A stretch of 63,367 nucleotides of DNA, the filler included, from Hausera hauseri (lineage: Eukaryota), in NCBI GenBank assembly GCA_046269625.1. It is 13 parts of 13 records of this genome, joined end to end, with 100 filler letters (N's around TTAATTAATTAA, not from the genome) between each part and the next. Parts side by side here need not be neighbours in the genome. Positions count along the whole stretch, not along the records: positions 32,383 to 40,163 come from JBJURY010903979.1; positions 40,264 to 44,450 come from JBJURY010712881.1; 11 more parts are not named here. The stretch is one strand, 5' to 3'. The number at the start of each line of letters is the position of its first letter. Positions within the stretch are counted from its first letter, which is position 1. This document shows, piece by piece, positions 34,111 through 44,550 of this stretch. The notes under the pieces are model-generated. The model saw nothing but the letters and a program-made list of their open reading frames with translations, was not told the DNA's origin and did no database searches. The translations under genes were made by a program, and so were the position numbers.

Positions 34111-37100
34111 TCGAAGTGTTTCGTTTGTCGAACCTAGTAAAATTAATGTGATTAAAAACGAAAATTTAAAAGCAATTTACGGTGTTTGTAGAGACACGGG
34201 TATGGTCATCGAGATACAAGATTTACGACGTTTCTTGAAGGCCCAGCTTGATACTAAGGACCCTACAGGTTTAGTGGCTAGAAACGAGTACGAACATAAG
34301 TTACGATCATTATAAGTTTATCACGGTGTGCGCGAACCAAAAACGGAATATAAACGTTCCATTGCCCCCCTAAGGCTCAGTGATATGGCACGGAAGAAGA
34401 ACATTCCTACGGTAAGTAAAAAGTTAGATGAAATAGGAAAACCTAGGACTCCGGACAAGGTAGATTTAGGTGTAGAATCCGAATATACTATAAAAAGGGT
34501 AACCAAGGAGTCTGAGGCCGACGAAAAAGAAGAATTTCTGGAACCACTGATACTTAAAATTACGAAAAATAGAGGCCGTAGTCTATCATTGAGACGAAAA
34601 CGCAAGGATCGCCCGAGATCCCCGATGATTAAGTAGAAACCGAGCACAAAGATAGAAACCGAAATCGCTTTAGAAAACGACATAGAGTGCGCCCCGAACG
34701 TTCTAGAAATTAATTTAGTTACGCCCAGCGAAATGGATGATCTGACGAAATCTGTAAATAAGATAAACGATATATGTCCTTTACCTACTAGCGAATAGGA
34801 AACAAAACAGGAGAAGAAACTTGATCCTGAAAAGTGGAAAATTAGACGCTCGTGGAAAAATGCCGATGAATTAAAAAGAATGAGGATAAATTGCTTCAAC
34901 CCAGAGGTAGTGCAACAGAATCTAGATAAACTCAAGGCAATGAATGAACAAGTGGATATTTCCGGCAAGAAACGGCAGTTTGTAGAGAGATTATATAAAA
35001 AGATGAAATTATACAGCGAAGGGAAACTAACTGAAGCTATAGACTTAGATCAACCGGAAGAAGTGACAAAAGAAAAACTAGACAAATGGAAATGCGAGCT
35101 GGGAGTCTGGATGAAAAGTGGGATGAAAACTCCAGAAGCGTAGAATAAAACCACCAAAGATATTGAAACTAGAATCAACCAAGCTCGGTAGCTATTAGCT
35201 ACATTTAAATTAAAAAGAGTAGTACGTAATTTGGAGCGTGTCATGAATGAAATTAGATTTGCAATAGTCGAACGACTTAAGGAAAAACCGGTCAAGGAAC
35301 AAGATGCACATGACCTAGAGATGTTGGGCATAGATTCGATAGATATTCCACCCTGAATGGAAATAATAAAGGTTACTTCGACGGCCTCAAAGCAATATAC
35401 AAGTATGAAAAATCGTATTAAAATTGAAGCCGAAAAACGGTCGCAGATATATGGTTTAAGGAATAGAATTATGCACATCAATAACGAAGAAACACACAAA
35501 ATAATTATGGCTTGCATCCTCGAGTTCGATGAATACAATGACAAATTTGACTATGCCTGCAGGATCATCGATTTTATTAAAGGTTCAGATGATGAGCTAG
35601 AGGACGCTCACAAAATGTTAAACAAAGCAATATTGGCAAAGCCAGAAATCGCTAATCAGTTGAAAGAATGGTCCAAAGTAATAACAAGGTTGAGTGCATT
35701 GATAAACAATCGGAAGAACGAATTTCCAGAGAGCGAGCCTACAGTGAAAAAGCGATTAGAAAAAGACTCCCGAAATCTAGATACTATGAAGGCAGAAACT
35801 GACCTCCGAACTCAATTTGAGGCATTACGTCAATTGGATTTTATGGAAAATAAACAAGAAATGGCGATACTAGATGATATATATATAAGATGATCGAAGA
35901 AACAAACTTCATGCGGAAACGAAACGCGACTTGTGATTTCTATCCGCGATTAAGAGATATCCGGCTGAAAGGAATACGGTATTTGACAACCAAACCTATC
36001 GAGGAAATCTCAATCCGTGACCTTAGAACCTTGGACTTTTGTCCCGAATCTCGGTCAATGGTGGAAGAAGCGGTGAAGTTCTTACACCAGCCACAAGAAT
36101 GGATAGATGGGACGGATCAAATGCATCAAATGAACTGAATAAAATGAAGAACGACCACCGCCTTAGCTTCGAAGAAATCAAATTTGTAAAAAAGCTATTA
36201 GATGCGATAGATCCAAATTCAAAAAGTATTAACGAGATGTATGAATTAGCGTTGCTGATGGCGGAAATGGCAGAAATTAATGACGAGAAACTAAGACAAT
36301 TGTTGCAGCAGATACAACAAGTCGAAGAAACTTGCATTAAAACGAAACAGAGAGCAATGAGATTAGACAAACTCGCTAGAGAACTCGACGTCTATAAGAA
36401 CAAATATGCCCTTAACGAAGCAAAAAAGGCTGACAAGTCATAATTCGTGCAAAGCTGGCAAAGATATGTCACGTCCGAACTAACAAGCTATCAAGAACAA
36501 TGACTGATTTCTGCAGAAGAATTATGTTCGTTGTTAACGCTGCTACACCAAACTTCTGCTAATGGGCGCTGTTTTCGAACGACGAAAATGGTCCAAATGC
36601 AACAAAAACTACAAGAACTCAGAAAAACTACATGGACCGCAGGTGTGAATATGCCAACTAATGCACCGTCAAGTGACTATGAACTGCCGGATAATGAGAA
36701 TGAAACAGAATAGGAGGCATATTTAGATGCAGTGATTGCCGAGAACCCTAAAACTCCCATACGACGGAGAGAAACGGAGGTATATTTTTCGGACCAAAGA
36801 TTTAACGTAGGAATGCTCCTAGACCCAATACAAACCGAGAAATATTTAATTCAGTTGATCGAAGTAAATCTCACGGAAATTTAATTATGACAGTTGGTCC
36901 CCACTCTAACTAAATTAGCTAGCGAAGGTACGATATATAGTACGGTACCTAAGCTTTTACTTAAGAAGCATGCTAAATTCTTAAAGAAAAAGGCAGAGGA
37001 GACGATTCCAGTAAAGATAGTATCTGACTGGATGGCCGAGAAGGAGCACGAGTTCACTACGCGCTCCCGCGTGAAAGACGTAATATGGTGGATAAGAAAT

Positions 37101-37947
37101 AATGGGTACAACCAGGAGTTAAACTACAGACTCTATTTTAGAGGGAGAATACTAGAGGAAACGGAGCTGTTAATAGAAGTCAGCATTATTCCAAGTGAAG
37201 CAAACCGTATAGTTGTAGCCATTCCTATCGAAGAAACAAAAGAAGAAGCCATAAGAAATTCTAAAGAGAAACAGTGCGTAGGATGAATCATAGGAGTTCG
37301 AGATGCAGTAATGTATTTAGAGTACTTGCAGACAGACAGAGATAATGAGCAATACGATAAGAATTTAGTACCCATTAACGATAACGTACTTGCTGTAACA
37401 AAACAGAAGCGTCTTGTCGGTAAGCTGCGGAAAATACGAGAGGAAATCGATTACAATGGAGATTTAATCAAAGAGTTGAGGCAAATGTCCATACCGACCT
37501 TCAGTACGGATAATGAGGAACTGAACGAACTTATGAAGAATTTGATTCAAATAGTAAACTACTCTAGTCTCGGCGGTGATATATTGGATGAGAAAGAGAA
37601 GGCCATATCTAATGCCGCAAGGGCCATGAAGGGCCTCCGGTGTAAATTATTCAGAAGTACCTTAAGCGATGAAGCGGTGATTGAGAAAATTATGGCCGAA
37701 AATAACATAGAAGAATTAAGAAAAGTGTTGCTATATCTGGCCATTAAAACTAACCCAAACCGAGAAAATGAATTCAACAAGACTACTAGTTTAACACGGA
37801 AGGCTGCCAGGAAACTACCTCGAGAGGTGAACTGGTCTAAGTTATTCGAAAAAGAAGAAGAACATCAAAGTAGATCATTCTTCGGTAACAATAAATTCAA
37901 AGATCTGCTACGAAATGCAACCGGAAATCACAGAAGAAATCAGTCGA
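34111..37947 (+). pseudogene. Unknown charged, helical region X fused to gag, including a ubiquitin-like domain near 37000-37220
   Basis: Consecutive ORF fragments homologous to 26604-28085 and 52750-54293; no PR/RT/RH/IN motifs; ETIPVKIV..RVKDV..YRLYFRGRILEETELLIEVSI is UBL-like. Confidence 0.75.
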
Positions 37948-40061
37948 ACTGGCTAATCAACTTTTTGACCATGATGGTGTTAATAAGACAAATGGGTGCG
38001 GTTGCAGTATATGATTGCAACAAATTTAGACTTGGCCAAAAATATTCAATAATGGACTTGGAAATGTGCGAAGACGCGAGACCACACAAATTAGAAACAA
38101 AAGAGAAAAGTTACGTCCTGTATCAACAACGCAAACTAGTCACGTTGGATGGAGTAGAATGTATGTTGCAACAATATCGCAGCATCTTTCATTGTGGCCT
38201 GGTACACGGACACTCGTCAATAATCAAGCCAACAACCCCGCCAATTCCGATGAACTTAGAATGACAGCATTGTAAGCAAGCTAGAGAAACTGGGAAAATA
38301 AAATGAAACGGCATGGAACTGGAAATGCAACAAAACAAAATAATCAGAGTATACAAAGTAGCGGCAGAAAGACTAGATATGCACACCGGAAAATGATTAG
38401 AGTCGAATATTTTAGTAGTAGACTTTTATGAAACCGAAATGCGCATACAGAAGGTAATGTTCCATAGTGTTACTAAACTTTACACCGAGAACTATAAGTG
38501 TCACATTCAAGATGGCACATGCCCGTTCCGAAGTTTTATAGTAATTTGGGAACCTCCAGCCAAGACCGATTGCAACTTTATCAGAATTAAAGAACTTAAA
38601 TTCAATGAGACGACAGGAAAACGGTACATAAGTAGTACAGAAACTTATTTTAAAACACTAGAAGATGTAGTTAAACAGTCCACACCAACGATACGGATCT
38701 CTGATACCCACGGACTAAAGTTTGTGAAGAAAGATGTACTCACAAGATGTGACGTTATACTGTACGCTACCAACTATGAAGTATTTTTAGTCGTGGAGAC
38801 GGAAATAAACGCCAGAACGTTCAAGCTCGAGATTCAGGACATCCGGATTGAAGGCTATTTGAAGAACAGAGACAACTATTTCTACTATAAGGGACAAGCG
38901 GGAATAGCCGAGCTATACCACAAAATGATAACCAATGACTGCAAGTTGTATTTAGAAATAATAAGAACTAAGCTGGCCCTAATATATGCCAATCTCGAGT
39001 TGGCATCACCAATAATTCCAATGAAGGAAGGTGTTTTTGGACGGGTAACCCGAGAGGTCTTATTGACATATGAGTGCGAGATGAAAGACGTACAGATTAA
39101 CGTGGAAGAGAAGAGGTGTATACAAGAGCTTCCCGTAATATATCAGGACGTACCTAGAAAAGTAACACCAATTACCAGAGTATTGTTGTCAAATTCTACC
39201 CAACCGACAATCCTGAAAGATTGTAAGACCAGCCTGGGCCAGCCGATGTTCAGAAGAAGTGAAACCGACGGGGTAATTTTACCGAGCAGCGGTATTATCG
39301 CACCACCTGCCAAGTTGACAGGGACAAACTTAATAAAAGGAATAACCAATGATAAATTTTAAGATACAGCCGCGAAAGGTATTTACCGACCAAAAGAAGT
39401 AGAGGCGTTCAGACAATTTCTCGACTTCCCTTGTCAGCGTACGCGCGAACTGAATCGAGCAATGCACACAATATTGGAGGATTCGTGCTACCAAGCGAGA
39501 TGGGAGTCATTACTCGGTTTTGGCTATTATAAAAAGCTAACTACGGAAATACTGTACAAAATTTGGGGAAGGTTCCTGATATTCGGACAAGCCGCGTCAG
39601 GATTTCTAACGATATACTTCTTAATTCAACTGGTAAAGGCTATAATTCAAGCAATCATAAATGGATATGAGATATTTACTTTGACAGGATTTTCGTGCAA
39701 AATTTTAACGGCTATTATTACACCTTTCGGCAAATTCTTAAGGGCTTATGAAGAGAGTAAATAAAAAGCAGATGCGCAGCGACACGTTGGCTATCATAAT
39801 CGAAAACGTAAAAGACGCATATTTGATTATAGGCAAAAATTCGTAGGTAGTAAGACACGAAGAAATAATTCTGACGATGACGAGCCTAAGGGTGGAGACG
39901 TCATCTCTAAATTGAACAGGCACAAAAATTACTTTGTTATAAAACTACCATTACCAATATTGCCGCCAACGGCACCTACATATGAAGATTGCGAGAAACA
40001 ATCTATGAGCTCGTGCCAGACAGACGTCTATCGGAAGCCGTTTAGTTTAGAAGACCTGTAA
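37948..40061 (+). pseudogene. env: Envelope glycoprotein, chuvirus-like class III type, copy B
   Basis: Internal signal WLINFLTMMVLIRQMGA then VAVYDC..YSIMDLEMC..Q..ECMLQQYRSIFHCG..HSSII; C-terminal WGRFLIFGQAASGFLTIYFLIQLVKAIIQAIING..TGFSCKILTAI, the pattern of Chuviridae G proteins. Confidence 0.8.
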
Positions 40062-40263
40062 GGTTCCACCTTACAAAAAGAAAAAATATAAAAATCACAA
40101 TATAAAATCACGGATTCATGTACAAACAAAAATTAAATTATCAAAATAAAATTAATATTCAGCNNNNNNNNNNNNNNNNNNNNNNNNNNNNNNNNNNNNN
40201 NNNNNNNTTAATTAATTAANNNNNNNNNNNNNNNNNNNNNNNNNNNNNNNNNNNNNNNNNNNN

Positions 40264-43200
40264 GGCTGCACCTTCAAACCAAACACGAACGACGGAAGTA
40301 CTACCTTTTCTTTTAATAGTCTTCCTAGTTCACCTTTTCAGAAAAATTAAATTTCTCACCAGAAGTCACGGCAAACTCTAGCAAAGACACTACTTTATTT
40401 TCTGAACGCCGACACGACTCTTTTGATGTCTTTACTCTAAAGGCCGCAATAACCACTCCTACAACGCAATCCTTTGACTTCCTAATTGATACAGGTGCAA
40501 CGATTTCCTTATTACCACAATCTTTTCCTGTACAAAATTCACCATTCCGAATTAAACCCTTATACACCGCTTTAGGTCAACCGCTGCACATTTCTGGAAC
40601 GGCTAAATTATCCTTTACCTTACCAAAATTTCCTTCACCGTTCCACTGGACGTTCACAGTTGATAATGTCTAGACGGCAATACTACGGTCCGATTATTTA
40701 TTACATTATAATTTATTGGTCGTCACTTTTACACTTCGTACAAAAAGAGGACGGTACTTTTAGACATGCGGTGACTACCACCAGTTAAAAAACTTGACAA
40801 TCATGGATGCATACCTCTTGCCACTCATCAAGGACATCCTACATCGCCTTAATTAAACTACCATTTATTCGACCATCGATTTGGCTAAAGCATACCACCA
40901 AATACGAGTGACATCCGAAGACATAGAAAAAACTGCTCTCACTACTCCTTTTAGCCTCTACGAGTACCTGTTTATGCCTTTCGGTTTGCGAAATGCTGCA
41001 CAGATCTTTCAGCGACATATTGACTCAATTCTCTCAGATTTTCCGTTTGAGCACCCTTACATTAATGATATTCTGATCGTTTCGTCTTCGGTCAAACAAC
41101 ACGAGGAACACCTCCGCGCAATATTCCAACGCCTTTACCACTATAATCTACAAGCCAATTTCGAAAAATTCCATTTTTTCAAAAAACGCATCAACCTTTT
41201 AGGCTACGTTATTTCACCAGACGGCCACTCTCCTCAACCAGACCGAGTTGAAGCCCTTAAAAATATCCTGTTACCACATACGACCACCGAAATGCGCAGC
41301 TTCCTTAGTACACTACACTTTGTACATAAATATGTATCATATTGCTCCACAGTTACAGCACCATTTGCACACTTGAGCGGTGGCAAAAAACATCAGCCAA
41401 TCCAGTGGACACCTGAATTGGTAGAAAAATTTGATAAGTTACGCGAAGGAATTAAGACCGTCGATATTCTCGCTTTCCCCATACCTGATGCAGAACTCAT
41501 CCTTACTACAGACGCTTCAACTACTGCGGTAGGTGCTGTACTCCACCAGATCTACAAAGGAGAAAATCAACCGCTAGAATTTTTCTCGCGCAAGCTAACA
41601 TCCCCTGAAACCAGATATTCAACGTTCGATCGAGAGTTATTGGCCATCGTTCTTGCTTTAAAGCATTTTTCCCACCTACTTGTCGCTCGCCATTTTACTA
41701 TACAAACCGATCACAAACACTTACTTAACATCATGGCTATAAAACATCCTTCCACACGCCAAGAACCACAGATATCATACTTGTCGACATTTAACTTTTA
41801 CATAAAACATATTAATGGGGTTAATAATTTGATTGCCCACTTTGTATCTAGGTCGGTTAGTTCGATTAATTTTTCACGGATTTTTACGCAAGTTTAACTT
41901 CAACAGAACCAGCTACCTCAAGACATGCTTAATTCTTTCGAATCTTGCACAATTTTTGACGGCGTGGCTTTAGACACTTCCAAACCAGTTTATTCCGTAA
42001 TATTTCTCGCCCCATCATTGCAAATGCAAGCATTTAATGCAGTACATTCGCTACATTATCCTGGTGCTAAAGCCACTTTTTGTTTACTCAATCGACAAGT
42101 AATATGGCCGTCAATGCGTTCTGATGTACAGGCATGGGTTAAGGAGTTTGTGGCATGCCAAAAATTCAAAACAACTAAGCATTTAAAGCCATCACTGTTC
42201 CACTTCCCCTGCACAAAGCGTTTCGAGTCCGTGAATATCGACATCGTTGGCCCTCTTCCTCCAGATAACGATCATCAATTTATTCTCACCATGATGGACC
42301 GTTCCTCGCGATGGCAAGAAGCCATTCCTCTGCGGGGCACGAACACCGATACCATAGCTGACGTTTTCATTTGCACATGCATTAGAAGGTTTGGATCACC
42401 TTGCTTCATCATCACGCAGCAGGGTCAACAGTTTGAATCCAACCTGTTCAGATCCATTGTTAACCAATTCGGGATCCATCATATACATACTACGCTTTAC
42501 CATCCCCAATCGAATGTCCTCCTAGAGCGCCTCCACCGAACATTGAAAACGTCACTATGAATCCTTGCAGAGTCCAACACTAGTTGGACAAACCTTCTTC
42601 CGTTTGTTTTGCTTGGCTGGCGGAACACTCCGTCCACTTCTACGGGATGTTGACCACCTGAAGCCTTATTCGGAGCTCCTGTACGATCATTTTTCGAGCT
42701 AACTGCCCTAGACGACACTCCTACAGATGAAACGATACGGGTGGCGCAAAATCACTTCCTTACGGTCAGCAAAGATTCGTTCTGCAGGATACTTCACAAA
42801 GACAAAACATATTTACCCGAAGACTTGTATTCGGCAAAATTCGTATAGCTAAAAAATCAAACACCGTGCGGTTTTCAGCTGCGGTATCTGGGGTCCTATA
42901 AACGGATACAGCTGCATTCACATAATGCTATTATCTCTAAAGACGGCAAAGAAATTACAGTACATATTACCAACTTAAAGCCCGCCTTCTTTGTCGACGA
43001 TACTTCACCAATCGACACGTCAACCTCCATTTTCACTCCCACATTTCCTGCTGTTCCTTTATCTGTTGCTACACCAGTTTCACCTCCTTCTTTTGCTCCT
43101 AGTTCTGCTTCATCATTTTCCACAACTTCTGCCTCTATTCCTATCTCTCTCATTTCTCTACCACTCCCTCAGTCTCATTTTCTACTTCTGCACTTTCACC

Positions 43201-43617
43201 TAACACAATTCCACTTTCTACTTCAATTTTCTTCTCTCCTTCTTCATCCACCACTTCACCTTTTGTCACTCCTTCGTCTTCTAACACTCTCTTGAATACC
43301 TTTAACCATCCGTCTCTAACCATCTCTCTCTCTTTCACCTTCTTCTTCCCTTCGTTCTGACTCATCTTTGCACGACACAACACTCACAACAAAATCTGAC
43401 AACTTTCCCCCCAACTTCAACCCCTGCAAACAAACACACCGCATAAAGACAAAACACACAGAGTCACATTTAGCAAGTATAGCAGGGTAAAATCAGTAGA
43501 AGGCACTCAACATCTTGTTCACACTAAGACCAACTGACACAGGCACTTTTTGTTTAGCGATTTTTTCTTTCCCTCTATTTTGATCTTTACAGTTTTCACT
43601 TTGTAATGGGGGGGTGA
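40264..43617 (+). mobile_element. pol: Ty3/gypsy pol (PR, RT, RNase H, IN) with Ser/Thr-rich tail and PPT
   Basis: FLIDTGATISLL; YLFMPFGLRNAAQ..YIND; TTDASTTAVG; NIDIVGPLP; GPY-type motif near 42890; G-tract at 43608-43614. Confidence 0.93.
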
Positions 43618-43727
43618 TGTGGTGCCCATCGCGGCCGGTGCCCTTTGGCCCATTTGGTCGGGCACGGCCGGGCGTCCGCTGTCACCGCGTCGGATCAATA
43701 ATCGGGTTCGACTCCCCGCGTTGAGAA
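43618..43727 (+). mobile_element. Start of the 3' LTR, containing a GC hairpin and a tRNA-Asp-like segment
   Basis: TGTGGTGCCC right after the PPT; 3' boundary not identified. Confidence 0.5.
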
Positions 43728-43764
43728 TATTTGAGAATATTTGCTTATATTTTTTTGAAGCCTA

Positions 43765-44320
43765 ATGTCTAATGAATTTTGGGATGACTTTGACTTTTTA
43801 TCAGATGACATACGATTTGAGGAAGTAGGAAGATACATACAAGCGAACCCTCAGGATAAAATTGTACGCGAAACATTTAAATCAGGAATCGACTTACGGG
43901 AAACAATTTGAAGTTCGAATTACCGTTCTGCGCGACCAGACCAATCGTACTAAAGGCTGGAAATCACCAAATCCTTCATCAACAAAGAACAGTGATTATT
44001 CCAAATCGACATCTTCTAAATTGTTAAAACAAACACGAATAAATGTTTCTAAGGAAAATTATCAGCATTACAAAAGACAAAAGTATTTATCAGAATCATC
44101 ATCGGATTTTTCATATCACAAAATCGATTCTCGTAATAAACGATCAAGAAATGAAGCAAGCTCAAAAGATCGATCTGATTATGATCACAAAAGAACTCGT
44201 TCCAGATGTAGATCACGATCTTCGAAAAAATCCAAGGATTTCTACAGAGCGGATTCACGAATCAAGAGCTCGAAATCCAAGTACTATTATAATTCCAAAG
44301 AAAAATCACGCTGTCAATGA
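43765..44320 (+). CDS. Arg/Ser/Lys-rich low-complexity ORF of unknown identity (probably frameshifted)
   Basis: RSRCRSRSSKKSK-type composition; no domain recognised. Confidence 0.3.
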
Positions 44321-44550
44321 ATCCGAATTATTGAAACAGTATAGAAGTCGTCATCATTATTGAGAAGAAGAATTTAAACGAATATTGATGTTTGAATTTA
44401 ATTCAAAGTCAATTAAATAAATAGCCAATATAAAGTCGAGAAATTCCAAANNNNNNNNNNNNNNNNNNNNNNNNNNNNNNNNNNNNNNNNNNNNTTAATT
44501 AATTAANNNNNNNNNNNNNNNNNNNNNNNNNNNNNNNNNNNNNNNNNNNN

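Noticed and set aside
34321-35544. Antisense ORFs over region X (also 23666-24121, 26795-27103, 52713-53123)
   Set aside because: Expected shadows of A-rich coding strands; F/S/I/L-rich with no motifs
42991-43383. Ser/Thr/Pro-rich stretch as a mucin-like or env gene
   Set aside because: Low-complexity extension after the integrase; no signal peptide or convincing TM
40164-43617. The pol right after env copy B as that element's own pol (gag-env-pol)
   Set aside because: Separated by a spacer, different base composition, and it belongs to the family at 8925-10810, which has its own gag
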